A DNA stretch of 64,000 bases from Candidatus Latescibacterota bacterium (GTDB lineage: Bacteria; Latescibacterota; UBA2968; UBA8231): positions 992,001 to 1,056,000 of the forward strand of contig OZ241867.1 of assembly GCA_965203175.1 (NCBI GenBank), given 5' to 3'. Within the stretch, counting starts at the first letter, position 1. The number at the start of each line of letters is the position of its first letter. Of this stretch, positions 1-11,803 are shown one piece after another. The translations under genes and the position numbers were made by a program. The notes under the pieces are model-generated. The model was not told where the DNA came from. It saw only the letters and a program-made list of their open reading frames with translations, and did not search any database.

Positions 1-1
1 C

Positions 2-316
2 GAGGAACTGCATCCGGCGCTGGCAAAGTCCGACGCCGTGTACACTGACACTTGGATCGACATGGAATTTTTTGCCAATCCCCAATTCGCAGCCGAGAAA
101 GCACGGCGGGTGCAGCTTTTTCAGCCCTATCAGCTCAACCGCGAATTGCTCGCCGATCTAGACCTGAAAATCCTGCACTGCCTCCCCGCCCACCACGGCT
201 ATGAGATCGAAGGCGCGCTCTTGCACGACGAGCGCTCGCTGATCTTCACCCAAGCCGAAAACCGCCTGCACAGCCAGAAGGCCGTGCTGCTCAAGCTGGC
301 GAATGCTCTCGCCTGA
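2..316 (+). CDS. argF: Ornithine carbamoyltransferase, C-terminal part (5' truncated by window)
   Basis: Motifs DAVYTDTW, HCLPA and QAENRLHSQKAVL typical of the OTCase C-terminal domain; frame is open from the window edge. Confidence 0.85.
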   Translation, partial: EELHPALAKSDAVYTDTWIDMEFFANPQFAAEKARRVQLFQPYQLNRELLADLDLKILHCLPAHHGYEIEGALLHDERSLIFTQAENRLHSQKAVLLKLANALA

Positions 317-396
317 GCAGAGCTAGCACTCATCGTCGCTAGTTCCGCTACAAAGAGAAATTTTATATCACTTCTCTCTGACACTGGCATCTGTAT

Positions 397-439
397 AACG
401 GACGGTACGCACTAATTGCCAGAGTGCGTACCGTCCGTT
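397..439 (+). terminator. Perfect 17-bp hairpin, probable terminator after argF
   Basis: AACGGACGGTACGCACT (397-413) and AGTGCGTACCGTCCGTT (423-439) are exact reverse complements with a 9-nt loop, followed by an AT-rich tail. Confidence 0.65.
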
Positions 440-526
440 TATAATTAGTACTACAAGCCTTTGTCTTGCATCGGCTTTTGTCATAGACGGTGCTTGCTAT
501 CGCATTTCCCCCAGCAGGGCTTAGCT

Positions 527-3232
527 ATGCTAGCACACGGCGGTTCGCGTCCAAAGTTCGTCCTCTTCCTGCTGATCCTGCTTTTTCCCTTCCAAGCCCC
601 GGCTGAGATCAGATACTGGCGAGTGGGCGACCAAGACCATCCCTGGAACCTCGTGCCAGTTACCGGTCGCCTGACTTGGGGCCGCGGCTGGGCCGTCGAG
701 ATCCTGACCGACGATGACGGCGACGGACTCATCGACGAAGACCCCATAGAACTCGTCGATTCGGATGGCGACGGACTGTTCAACGAAGATCCCCCTGATC
801 CGCAAATCGACTCGGACGGCGACGGGAGACTCAACGAGGATCCTCCCAACAAACTCGACGATGATGGCGACGGACTCATCGACGAAGACCCCGTCGAGGC
901 ATTCGACAGCGACCTGGACGGGCGCATCGACGAGGACGGGCCCGATCCACAGTTCGACTCAGACGGCGACGGACGGCTCAATGAAGACGGGCTGATGACC
1001 GACGGGGACGACGACTTGGACGGCCGCACCAATGAAGACCCATACAATGGCACAGACGACGACGGCGACGGACTCATCGACGAGGACGGGCCACGGCTCC
1101 GCGACACCGACGGGGTTGAGACTTGGCTGCGGCCCATCCTCCTCAACGAGCGCCGCAATCTAGCCATCCTCCTCAACGAGCGCTATCTACAAGGGGAGTT
1201 CGGCGGTGTGGGGCCGGACGGTAGGTTACTCAACCCCTTTCTGGAAATTCCCAGCGAATTCGGCCCACGCGTCGAGCGAGCCGATCCCATCTCGGGAGAC
1301 TATTTCAAATCGGGATCGGGTGGCGGCATCAACCGAGTCGACTACGGCAAGATGGTTGACGGCAATCTCTTCACCGCCTTCGGCACGACCAGCACCGACT
1401 ATCGCGTCGCCGGTATCTACGGCATCCACGGAGGGGGAGCATCCCTCAACCTGATGGGCTTTTACCACATCAATCGCCTCATCTTCCAACCGCGGCCTAC
1501 CCTACCCGTCACAACCATCGCCAACTACTTCGTTGTCTACGGCGACCCTACAACCGTCAATCACACTTTGGCGACCCTCGAAGTAAAGAAGATTCTCGTC
1601 CCTGTGACGCGAGAACACACCGATCCAGTCAAGGACCTGCGCTTCGACCCGCCCGTGCTCATAGGCCGGCTAGATGTCGCTTCACTCGATTCCGATTTTG
1701 ATTACAAGGAAACGGCAGAGGTAGGCCTCTTTGGCGAGGGCTTCGCCAGCGACGCCTCCTTTACCTCCGAGGTCATCGACGTCGGCACCCCCACGCCCCG
1801 CGCCCGGCGCTACAGCCAGCTACTCGAACTCTTCGATGACGCCGGTGTAGTCGAGGCCGAATTCCCCGACCGACTCGGCTCAACGGTCAACTGGGGCAAA
1901 GTCCGCTGGCGGGGACGCAAAACGGGTTCCGCTGGCGATATGCGCATCCAGTTCCGCGCCGGCGACGCGCCCAACACGCACATCTACGCCCGCGATAGCG
2001 GTGCCAACGAGATCGATACCCGCGGCGAGGACGGTCAGCCGCTCGACGCCTTTTCCTGGCTCAAGCTGCGCCAAGGCCGCATTCCCGAGGCCGAACTTCG
2101 CTACAATGAACTCGGTCCAGACTTGGGCAGCGACGGTCCGAGGGGCTGGAGTTTCTGGTCGGCCCCCTTCAGCTTTGAGGACGGGCTTATTGACGAACGC
2201 CTCCCCGCAGAGCGCTGGTCCGAGGCGGGAGTGCCTCTGCCGCTACCCACTGGCACCCGCTATCTGCAGTTCCGCATCCTCTTCGACAGCACCATTGAGA
2301 GCGCAGTTGCACTCGACTACCTCGAATTCGACTACGACGAACCCCTAGTCTCGGGCGGCGTGGTCGCCGAGGTCTTTCCGCCGCGCGTCGCGCTGGGCGA
2401 GACGGTGTCCTTGCGCTACTTCCTACGGCCCTTTTTTGCCGATGGGGAAGAAGGGAGGTTCAATCGCATCGAGTTGACGGTGCCCGATGCTTCAACTCGG
2501 ATCGACACTTTTAAGTTCGATGGCCGCGCTTGGGAGGAAATCGCCGTGCCTACTGGGGTCAACACCGAAGACCCGCTGCTCCAGGTCGAGCCTCTGCGTC
2601 TGGAGCCAGAACCGGACAGTCTCTTCGTCATCGGCCAGTTCGCTCAAACCACCGTCTCGGACCCCCAGACTGGCGAGACCCGGCTGTTGGTCAAGTTTCC
2701 GCAGCTAGGTGCTTCTGACTTCAAGGCCCGCCAAAGCATTGAGATCGGCTTGCGGACGCGGCTCTTTCGCGGCTCGGCCCGCTTTGCAGGATCGGTGTGG
2801 AACGACCGCCGCGCCACGCGGGAGGCGACGATTCCCCAGCAAGTGCGCGACGGCGACGCAGTGCAGCGAGTGGCTACCGACGCAACGCTGGTCGTCGTCG
2901 ATGATATCCAAGCGCATCGCCTGCAGATCCAAGCCGCCCCCAATCCCTTTACGCCCAATGGCGACGGCATAAACGACGCGATCGAATTCGCCTTCGACCT
3001 TTTTCTGGTCTTGGACCAAGTCGAAGTCGCAGTGGAAATTCTCGACCTGTCGGGGCGCAGGATGCACCGCCTAGGTCCGGTGTCGCGCACCGCGGGTCAG
3101 ACCAAACTCGAGTGGAACGGCCGCGACGCAGCGGGCCATCTTCTAGCGCCGGGCCTCTACCTCTACCGCCTACAAATCGCGGTTGACCAGACATCCACCG
3201 AGGCGCTCGGCGTTCTCTCACTGGTGTACTAA
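527..3232 (+). CDS. Large secreted protein with Asp-rich DxDGDG repeats and C-terminal FlgD Ig-like domain
   Basis: Signal-peptide-like N-terminus (KFVLFLLILLFPFQAPA), 8 DxD(G/L)DGxxxED repeats, C-terminal PNPFTPNGDGIND...WNGRD..G..LAPGLYLYRL. ATG at 527 chosen over TTG 461. Confidence 0.8.
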   Translation: MLAHGGSRPKFVLFLLILLFPFQAPAEIRYWRVGDQDHPWNLVPVTGRLTWGRGWAVEILTDDDGDGLIDEDPIELVDSDGDGLFNEDPPDPQIDSDGDGRLNEDPPNKLDDDGDGLIDEDPVEAFDSDLDGRIDEDGPDPQFDSDGDGRLNEDGLMTDGDDDLDGRTNEDPYNGTDDDGDGLIDEDGPRLRDTDGVETWLRPILLNERRNLAILLNERYLQGEFGGVGPDGRLLNPFLEIPSEFGPRVERADPISGDYFKSGSGGGINRVDYGKMVDGNLFTAFGTTSTDYRVAGIYGIHGGGASLNLMGFYHINRLIFQPRPTLPVTTIANYFVVYGDPTTVNHTLATLEVKKILVPVTREHTDPVKDLRFDPPVLIGRLDVASLDSDFDYKETAEVGLFGEGFASDASFTSEVIDVGTPTPRARRYSQLLELFDDAGVVEAEFPDRLGSTVNWGKVRWRGRKTGSAGDMRIQFRAGDAPNTHIYARDSGANEIDTRGEDGQPLDAFSWLKLRQGRIPEAELRYNELGPDLGSDGPRGWSFWSAPFSFEDGLIDERLPAERWSEAGVPLPLPTGTRYLQFRILFDSTIESAVALDYLEFDYDEPLVSGGVVAEVFPPRVALGETVSLRYFLRPFFADGEEGRFNRIELTVPDASTRIDTFKFDGRAWEEIAVPTGVNTEDPLLQVEPLRLEPEPDSLFVIGQFAQTTVSDPQTGETRLLVKFPQLGASDFKARQSIEIGLRTRLFRGSARFAGSVWNDRRATREATIPQQVRDGDAVQRVATDATLVVVDDIQAHRLQIQAAPNPFTPNGDGINDAIEFAFDLFLVLDQVEVAVEILDLSGRRMHRLGPVSRTAGQTKLEWNGRDAAGHLLAPGLYLYRLQIAVDQTSTEALGVLSLVY
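710..1092 (+). repeat. Coding tandem repeat: 8 x Asp-rich DxDGDGxxxED units (putative Ca2+ binding)
   Basis: DDDGDGLIDEDP, DSDGDGLFNEDP, DSDGDGRLNEDP, DDDGDGLIDEDP, DSDLDGRIDEDG, DSDGDGRLNEDG, DDDLDGRTNEDP, DDDGDGLIDEDG; GACGGCGACGGAC recurs in the DNA. Confidence 0.85.
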
Positions 3233-3239
3233 GAGCATA

Positions 3240-6200
3240 ATGACGCGCCTGATTCTCGCCATCTTGCTTCCTGCTACGGCCGTCTGCGGCCAGGGATACC
3301 GCCTGACCGCAGATGCCATCCGCGTCGATCGCAATGAGCACTGGCGCGAGTGGATCTTTCAAAACGACGTAGTGCGCACCCTCAACGAGCGGGCCGACTC
3401 TACCGGCTTATTTTTGTTCTCGGACGATGCGGTGCAGCCCCGGCTCGTCGCGACAGTGGCCAACGCCGCGCTCGCCGCTGGGCAATTTAGCTACGTCGAT
3501 GCCGTACGCACCAACGGAGAAACCGTACAAGGGGGAGTCACAGCACTGAGCAATGACCGAATCGCGGCGCGACTCATCGACGGCGATCTAGACACCTTCT
3601 GGGAACCCGCTGCCGCGGACTTTTCCGCCGCAGGGCTGCGCAACTGGGAATTGCTAGTCGACCTCGGCCGCTTAGCCTTTATCGACAGCATCACCGTCTC
3701 TTTTCCCGCTGGGGACGCACCCAAGGCTTTCTCGCTCTTCGTCTCCCTCGGAGAGCCATTCCCCTTTCCCGACGGCAATAGTCTCAGTTTCTCACTGGTA
3801 GCGGAGACCAAAGAGACGGACTTGGCCCCTCCCGGAGCCGATGGCCTAGTGCGGCAATCCTACCCCATAGCGCCTCTTTTGCGCGCCGACTTCAATCTGG
3901 ACGGTCAGCCGGATCTGCAAGGATCTTTTCTTCAGTACATACGCCTGAAGATTACTGAGTCCGATCTCGAACGCCACCGCTTCGTCGGTGAGGGGGATGC
4001 CGGTCTCGACGCCTATCAGGCGTTACCGCCCGAGCGGCGCGGCGCGGTGGTCCACCAGCGGCTGACGGCGGGAGACTTCCTCATCGAGATCGACGAGGAC
4101 ACCTATTTCAACGACGTATCCGCTGCGCAACGGGGACCTATCCGCTACTTCGAGCGCGAAGTGCCGCGCGTCGCCGAAGTACAGGTCTGGACCAAGGGTG
4201 CCAACCTAGCCCTCAATCCGCGAGCGCGCGCCGGAGACTCCTACGAAATAGGAGGTAGGGGTACGCCCAATCAAGCCACCGATGGACTCTACCAGACCGA
4301 ATGGACGGCCTGGGGCTACGATCCAACCATCGTCCGCGGCACCATGTGGCTGGACTTAGGCGCAACCTTCTGGGTCGATGGCCTCTACGCAGTGATGCGC
4401 CGCCAGCGCAGCGGTTCCGCCTTCGCCGGCCACGGCTTTCTAGTCTCCGACGGGACCCAACTTAAACCCGTGCAACTAGATACCGCCGAGGATTTCGTCC
4501 AGCTCGAAGAGGCCCTGCAGTGGCACGACATCATCAGCGCGGAACGCTTCGACAACCGACAGCCGAGAGTGCTGATGTTCGGCGAGGAGTTCGCACCGCG
4601 CAAGATCCGCTTCGTGCAAATCCGCAACCTGCTCAGCCCCGGCAGCGGTGCCCGCCTCGCTGAAATGCAGCTCCACGGCGTTGGCTACCCAGTCGATGTC
4701 TCGCTGCACTCACCGCCGATCCGCCTTACCGACGCTCGCGGCAACTTCGTGCGCAAGACCCTGCCGCGGATCGCGTGGAGCGCCGACGCCGTCATACGAG
4801 AGGAAGACCCCCTCACCGACCAGACTATCGAGCGCATCGAGCCATTGGATCAGCACCCCGAAATCCGCCTCGATATTCAGACCCGCACCTCGGATCAGAC
4901 CGACACCAACTTCACATACTATCAGGTCGTGACCGTTGCTGGCAACGAAGAGCGCACGGAAGTGACGAAAGAGGTTTACGACGAGATCGCCTTGGAGTGG
5001 ACGGCCTGGGAGATCTGGCAGACCCTGCCCGCCAGCCGGAAACACGCCTCGCGCACCGACGACGACGGCGACGGCCTCACCGACGAGGATCGGATTGACC
5101 TGATTGACAACGATGGCGACGGTCTGGTGGACGAGGACGGTCGCAAACTGCGTCGCGCACCGCGCTCCAGCTTTGACAAGGACGGCGAACTGGCGTTTGT
5201 CGGCTGGAGCGAGTGGAGCGAGAACTACCAGCCCACCGCCGGTCGCAGCGAGGCCGCCATCACCTCGCCCAGCCCGCGCAAATTCGTCCAAATTCGCTTC
5301 AAGATCTCTTCTGAAGATCCCTTTAAGACGGCGAGAATTCGCTCGTTCCACCTTGATCTGGCACCCCCGCTGGCGCTGGAACTAGCCGGCGAACTGGCGC
5401 TTTTGAGCTCGCAGGGCATGACGCGGCCTATTGGCGACCTTGGTACCGCATCTGAGGACTATAGCCCGCCGCGCGGCATCAACCCGCTGGCCCCGCAGCA
5501 TTTTTCATATTTCGCGCGCCTCGCCGCGCCCGACCCCAACGATCCGACCGTTCGCGATGGCGTCGATGAGATATTGATCGTCGCCCCCCAAGCGGCCGAG
5601 CCGCTGGGCGTGCGCATAGGCCGGGTCGAGGTCGAGCGGCAGGCGTCAGATCTCGATCCGGCGATTTTCTCGACCCGCGTCCTCAAGACTCATTTTGATC
5701 AAGCCTTCGCGCGCGGACCCGACGGACGCTTACAAGACGCCGACGGCCAGACCATAGCGATTCTGCCAACCAGCCCCGATTCGCTCTATTTGCGCTTTCC
5801 CGCCTCGCTCAACGCCGATCTACCCCCGGATGTCCACGCCTTGGTCGAGGTACAATTCGCTTCGCAAACCTTCCGCGAGGGAATTCTCTTTCCTGCTTTT
5901 GCTCGTTCTTCGACTGATGCTGAAGGCTTTTTCCAGCGCGTCGATGCGGAAGCGCAGGACGCCACTGAGCTAGTCGCCAGCGGCACGGCGCGCGTCTCGT
6001 TGCAATCAGCCGGCCACCGGTTAATAAACGATGTGCAGGTAGCCCGCGTTTTTACCCCGAACGGCGACGGAGTCAACGACCTACTCCAAGGCCGCTTCGT
6101 GCTTTTGCGGATATTGGCAGAGCGGCGGCTGGACATCGCCTTCTACGATTTGGCGGGGACGTTGCGCGGACGCGCCGGAAGCGACTTGGGGCAGGCCGGT

Positions 6201-6335
6201 CAGTGGAACTTCACTTGGGACGGCCGCGACGAACGCGGGCAGTTGGTGCCGCCGGGGATCTACCTGTGCCGGATTAAGATCGCAGCGGACCGGGGAGCCG
6301 AAGAGGAAACCTTTCCGGTCCACGTGGCTTATTGA
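3240..6335 (+). CDS. Large secreted protein with discoidin-like segments, two Asp repeats and FlgD Ig-like C-terminus
   Basis: Signal peptide MTRLILAILLPATAVCG; LIDGDLDTFW/VDLGR motifs; FTPNGDGVND...WDGRDERG..VPPGIYL; starts 7 nt after the previous stop. Confidence 0.8.
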   Translation: MTRLILAILLPATAVCGQGYRLTADAIRVDRNEHWREWIFQNDVVRTLNERADSTGLFLFSDDAVQPRLVATVANAALAAGQFSYVDAVRTNGETVQGGVTALSNDRIAARLIDGDLDTFWEPAAADFSAAGLRNWELLVDLGRLAFIDSITVSFPAGDAPKAFSLFVSLGEPFPFPDGNSLSFSLVAETKETDLAPPGADGLVRQSYPIAPLLRADFNLDGQPDLQGSFLQYIRLKITESDLERHRFVGEGDAGLDAYQALPPERRGAVVHQRLTAGDFLIEIDEDTYFNDVSAAQRGPIRYFEREVPRVAEVQVWTKGANLALNPRARAGDSYEIGGRGTPNQATDGLYQTEWTAWGYDPTIVRGTMWLDLGATFWVDGLYAVMRRQRSGSAFAGHGFLVSDGTQLKPVQLDTAEDFVQLEEALQWHDIISAERFDNRQPRVLMFGEEFAPRKIRFVQIRNLLSPGSGARLAEMQLHGVGYPVDVSLHSPPIRLTDARGNFVRKTLPRIAWSADAVIREEDPLTDQTIERIEPLDQHPEIRLDIQTRTSDQTDTNFTYYQVVTVAGNEERTEVTKEVYDEIALEWTAWEIWQTLPASRKHASRTDDDGDGLTDEDRIDLIDNDGDGLVDEDGRKLRRAPRSSFDKDGELAFVGWSEWSENYQPTAGRSEAAITSPSPRKFVQIRFKISSEDPFKTARIRSFHLDLAPPLALELAGELALLSSQGMTRPIGDLGTASEDYSPPRGINPLAPQHFSYFARLAAPDPNDPTVRDGVDEILIVAPQAAEPLGVRIGRVEVERQASDLDPAIFSTRVLKTHFDQAFARGPDGRLQDADGQTIAILPTSPDSLYLRFPASLNADLPPDVHALVEVQFASQTFREGILFPAFARSSTDAEGFFQRVDAEAQDATELVASGTARVSLQSAGHRLINDVQVARVFTPNGDGVNDLLQGRFVLLRILAERRLDIAFYDLAGTLRGRAGSDLGQAGQWNFTWDGRDERGQLVPPGIYLCRIKIAADRGAEEETFPVHVAY

Positions 6336-6370
6336 GACGGCGCTGTCAAACGCCGCGACTTTCGCTCAAC

Positions 6371-6850
6371 CTACTCCTCTTCCCGCACCCACGTCCCACT
6401 CCGCCCGCCCCGCTTCTCCATTAGCCGCAACTCGGAAATCACCATTCCGCGATCGACGCCCTTGCACATGTCGTAAATGGTCAAAAGTGCCGTGCTCGCC
6501 GCCACCAAAGCCTCCATTTCCACACCCGTGCGGTCGTCAATTTTGGCCTCGGCCGCGACTTCGATCCGATCCTCGCCAACGTGCAAATCCACGCGGATCG
6601 CCGTGAGGTTGATCGGGTGGCACAAAGGGATTAACTCTCCCGTGCGCTTGGCGGCCATAATCCCGGCCAGCCGCGCCGCTTCCAAGACGCTGCCTTTAGC
6701 GACTTTATTTTCAGCGATCAGCCGCGCCGTCGCGCGGTCCATGCGGATCTCGCCGCGCACCCGCGCCAGCCGCGCCGTCGGCTCCTTGCCGCCTACATCG
6801 ACCATCTTGAGGCGGCCCTGCTCGTCGAGGTGAGTCAGCTCGTCAGTCAC
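6371..6850 (-). CDS. moaC: Cyclic pyranopterin monophosphate synthase MoaC
   Basis: LTHLD...MVDV..K, GIMAAKRT.ELIPLCHP, TGVEMEAL, YDMCK motifs; GTG start overlaps the icd stop. Confidence 0.95.
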   Translation of the reverse strand: MTDELTHLDEQGRLKMVDVGGKEPTARLARVRGEIRMDRATARLIAENKVAKGSVLEAARLAGIMAAKRTGELIPLCHPINLTAIRVDLHVGEDRIEVAAEAKIDDRTGVEMEALVAASTALLTIYDMCKGVDRGMVISELRLMEKRGGRSGTWVREEE

Positions 6851-8103
6851 TACATGTTCTCGATAATTGCCGCGCCGAACTCCGAGCACTTGACCTCGGT
6901 CGGCTCGTCCATCAGCCGCGCAAAGTCGTACGTGACGACCCGGTTCGCAATCGTCTGTTCCAGCCCCTTGACGATCAGGTCGGCCGCCTCGTTCCAGCCC
7001 AAGTGGCGGAGCATCATGTCGCCCGACAGGATCACCGAACCGGGGTTGACCTTGTCTTGGCCGGCGTATTTGGGAGCGGTGCCGTGGGTGGCCTCAAAGA
7101 TGGCGTGACCCGTGGTGTAGTTGATGTTGCCGCCTGGAGCAATGCCAATCCCGCCGACGCAAGCGGCTAGCGCGTCGCTGATGTAATCGCCGTTGAGGTT
7201 CATCGTGGCGATGACCGAGTACTCGGCCGGGCGCGTGAGGATCTGCTGCAAAAAGGCGTCGGCGATCGCGTCCTTGACGGTGATCTCGGTGCCGTTGACG
7301 ACGATGCTAGTCCAAGGGCCGCCGTCGATTTCTTCGCCGCCATAAGCCTTTTGCGCCACCTCGTAGCCCCAGTCGCGGAAAGCCCCTTCGGTGAACTTCA
7401 TGATGTTGCCTTTGTGGACCAAGGTCACGCTATCGCGGCCTTGGGCGGCGGCGTAGTCAATGGCGGCGCGAACCAGCCGCTCGGTGCCCTCTTGTGAGAT
7501 CGGCTTGACGCCCAAACCTACGGTGTCTGGAAAGCGGATTTTGCCGTAGCGATCGGCAAAGTGCTCTGCCAGCAGATCCTTAAAGCGCGCGTTGTCGTCC
7601 GTGCCTTGCTCAAACTCGATCCCGGCGTAGATGTCCTCGGTGTTCTCGCGGAAGATGACCATATCCACTAGCTCGGGTTGCCGCACCGGCGAAGGCACAC
7701 CGCTGAAGTAGCGCACGGGGCGCAGACACACGTAGAGGTCGAGGATCTGGCGCAAAGCCACGTTGAGGCTGCGGATCCCACCGCCGACTGGCGTCGTCAG
7801 CGGGCCCTTGATGCCAACCAGATAGGTACCGAAAGCCTCCACTGTAGCGTCGGGCAGCCAGCTAGCGGTCTGCTCGAAGGCCTTCCCACCGGCCAAAACT
7901 TCCATCCAAGCGATCCTCCGCTGACCGCCATAAGCCTTCTCGACGGCTGCGTCGAAAACGCGCACGGCCGCCGCCCAGATATCCGGCCCCGTGCCGTCGC
8001 CTTCGATAAAGGGGATGATGGGCTGGTCTGGAACGCTGAGCGCGCCATCCACTACGGTTATTTTCTCTCCGTTTGCGGGGACCTTGGGCTGCCAATCGGC
8101 CAT
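6850..8103 (-). CDS. icd: NADP-dependent isocitrate dehydrogenase
   Basis: [58 protein letters not shown]; start MADWQPK at 8103. Confidence 0.96.
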   Translation of the reverse strand: MADWQPKVPANGEKITVVDGALSVPDQPIIPFIEGDGTGPDIWAAAVRVFDAAVEKAYGGQRRIAWMEVLAGGKAFEQTASWLPDATVEAFGTYLVGIKGPLTTPVGGGIRSLNVALRQILDLYVCLRPVRYFSGVPSPVRQPELVDMVIFRENTEDIYAGIEFEQGTDDNARFKDLLAEHFADRYGKIRFPDTVGLGVKPISQEGTERLVRAAIDYAAAQGRDSVTLVHKGNIMKFTEGAFRDWGYEVAQKAYGGEEIDGGPWTSIVVNGTEITVKDAIADAFLQQILTRPAEYSVIATMNLNGDYISDALAACVGGIGIAPGGNINYTTGHAIFEATHGTAPKYAGQDKVNPGSVILSGDMMLRHLGWNEAADLIVKGLEQTIANRVVTYDFARLMDEPTEVKCSEFGAAIIENM

Positions 8104-8203
8104 AGTGCAAAACTCCTCGTGTCTTTTGTTTGTTTTAAGGAATAATCGGCCCGGTTCGACCGCTGTAGCTGCGCCCGGAGCCTGTCTGTCGCAGCTTTTG
8201 AAT

Positions 8204-8881
8204 CTAAGACTTTCGCCCGAGACGGCCAATGCAGGCCGCCAAGGCACTGCGTTCGACCTCAACCAGTTCGCAGGCGAACACATCGGCATAGGCGCGCAGG
8301 AGTTCAGACTCGACTTCACCCCGATCCAACGCGCACCCCAAGAGCGAGGCCATCGTAGTTATCTCCTCGCTGTCCAAGCCGCAGGGCTTGATCGCCGCAA
8401 AGTGGCTCAGGTCGGTAGCCACATTCAGGGCCAGACCGTGCGTTGTGATCCAGTGCCGCACATTGACGCCGATCGACGCCACCTTGGACGAGCCGACCCA
8501 AGCGCCGGTCAATCCGCCCCGAGCCTCTCCCTCCAAGCCATAGGCAGCCAACGTGCGAATCAGCACGGCTTCCAAATCGCGCAAGTACTGATGTACGTCT
8601 CGACCGCGCTGGCGCAGATCGACAATCGGATAGGCCACGATCTGGCCCGGCCCGTGAAACGTCACACTGCCCCCGCGGTCAATCTCGACCACATCTAGCT
8701 CTTGGGTTAGGAGATGCTCGGGCAGCGTCGCTCGTCCGCCGGTATAGGTTGGCGGGTGTTCGACCAACATCAGCGTGTCCGGAATTTGCTCGGCTCGCCG
8801 CAATTGGCGCAGCGACTCTTGCCAAGCCCAAGCCTGGGCAAAATCGATCCGCCCAACTCGGCAAACGCGCGTTTCATTCAT
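8204..8881 (-). CDS. lipB: Octanoyltransferase LipB
   Basis: [38 protein letters not shown] motifs. Confidence 0.93.
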   Translation of the reverse strand: MNETRVCRVGRIDFAQAWAWQESLRQLRRAEQIPDTLMLVEHPPTYTGGRATLPEHLLTQELDVVEIDRGGSVTFHGPGQIVAYPIVDLRQRGRDVHQYLRDLEAVLIRTLAAYGLEGEARGGLTGAWVGSSKVASIGVNVRHWITTHGLALNVATDLSHFAAIKPCGLDSEEITTMASLLGCALDRGEVESELLRAYADVFACELVEVERSALAACIGRLGRKS

Positions 8882-9051
8882 GGATAGCTTCTTTTTTAGC
8901 AGAACTCCGACCGGAGGAACGGCCCGGATTCATAACGCCACTTCCCCCATCACCCTTCACAATATACCTTTTTCGCCAAGGAACCGCTCACGCTCGTCAG
9001 ATCATTCGTCAGCAACAAATCGATTCCTGAGAAAGCAGGAAGACTTCGACC

Positions 9052-9855
9052 ATGGAAAACAACGCCTATCCCGAGTTGACAGATCTCAACATCCGATTGC
9101 AGGAGCTAGAGAGCCAAGGGTATACCGTGTTCCCCGAGTATCTCGACCGCGACACTACAGCCGCAATTCGCGCTCATATCGACAGCCTCGTCGGCCCCAT
9201 TGTGTCCGGCGATCGCACCGCCGCCAGACGCGACCTGCGGCATCCCATTCCAGGGGCGATCATGGCCCGCTTAGTGAACAATCCCGCGACCCTCGAACTC
9301 GCTGCAACATTGATCGGGTCGCGCGATCTTCGCCTGCGCGAACAAGTTTTCATCCGCAGCGACCCTTCGCCGCCGCCGTACCAAGCTCCGCAATGGCACA
9401 TCGACGCGGCCTTTTGCCGCGCAGAGTTTGAAGTCAGGCCGCGACAGGTCTATTACCAGATGCTGCATTGCTGTAGTACGGTTTCTGCCGGAGGGGCCGC
9501 GTTTATGATCGTGCCCGGCTCGCACAAGTTGTCTCTCGCAGCCAGCGATAAGGCAGAGCGAGCGGAGGGACGGGGACCCATCCAGAATCACACCGCCTCA
9601 GTCCCCGAGGCAAATGACGCCGACGGCATTGAAATTTGCGCCAACGATGGAGATCTCATCATCTTCAATCCCCTGTGTTACCACTCCAGTTCTCCCAACC
9701 GGACAGATCAGCCCCGCTACGTATATTTCACTTCGTTTTATCACCCCTCAGCGGCCCGCCTAATAGAACTAGTGCGCCGAACCAAGTACCGCGACAACTT
9801 TCCCGACTCATTGCGCCAAGGATTGCCGCCCGAACTTCAGAGTTTGCTCGATTAG
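9052..9855 (+). CDS. Phytanoyl-CoA dioxygenase (PhyH) family Fe(II)/2OG dioxygenase
   Basis: WHxD motif (WHID), VPGSH, GDLIIF...H..SPN...PR. Confidence 0.85.
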   Translation: MENNAYPELTDLNIRLQELESQGYTVFPEYLDRDTTAAIRAHIDSLVGPIVSGDRTAARRDLRHPIPGAIMARLVNNPATLELAATLIGSRDLRLREQVFIRSDPSPPPYQAPQWHIDAAFCRAEFEVRPRQVYYQMLHCCSTVSAGGAAFMIVPGSHKLSLAASDKAERAEGRGPIQNHTASVPEANDADGIEICANDGDLIIFNPLCYHSSSPNRTDQPRYVYFTSFYHPSAARLIELVRRTKYRDNFPDSLRQGLPPELQSLLD

Positions 9856-10007
9856 CATTCCAGAGTAGAACAATCAACGCGACGGTCAGCAGTTTGTCCC
9901 TGCGTACATTCGGCAACCGCGCCTTTCATTCATGCGCGGGCCAGACAGAGGGTTATTCTTGCACAAAAACGACGAAATTTCTATATTTAACTGCTCAGCT
10001 TTGTTTT

Positions 10008-10034
10008 TTAGCACTCTCTTTTTTTGAGTGCCAG
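10008..10034 (+). promoter_or_regulatory. CIRCE element (HrcA operator) upstream of groEL
   Basis: TTAGCACTC-N9-GAGTGCCAG versus consensus TTAGCACTC-N9-GAGTGCTAA, about 60 nt before the groEL start. Confidence 0.88.
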
Positions 10035-10081
10035 TTTTTCGTGCAAAACGAAATTTTCCATCCATCCACCACCAACACTAG

Positions 10082-11734
<1,653 letters not shown>

Positions 11735-11752
11735 CCCTCCCATCGCAAATAG

Positions 11753-11790
11753 AAAAGGCTCGCTGCTTCTTTGGCAGCGAGCCTTTTTTT
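11753..11790. terminator. Bidirectional rho-independent terminator
   Basis: AAAAGGCTCGCTGC-loop-GCAGCGAGCCTTTTTTT between the convergent groEL and M23 genes. Confidence 0.88.
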
Positions 11791-11803
11791 GTTCTTCCCT
11801 TGC

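Noticed and set aside
710-1092. Regularly spaced DNA repeats resembling a CRISPR array
   Set aside because: They are degenerate in-frame coding repeats (DxDGDG) with synonymous variation, and no cas genes are present.
481-1176. Long Ser-rich antisense ORF and many similar shadow ORFs
   Set aside because: They are reverse-frame shadows of GC-rich coding genes (Asp/Gly repeats read as Ser/Pro).
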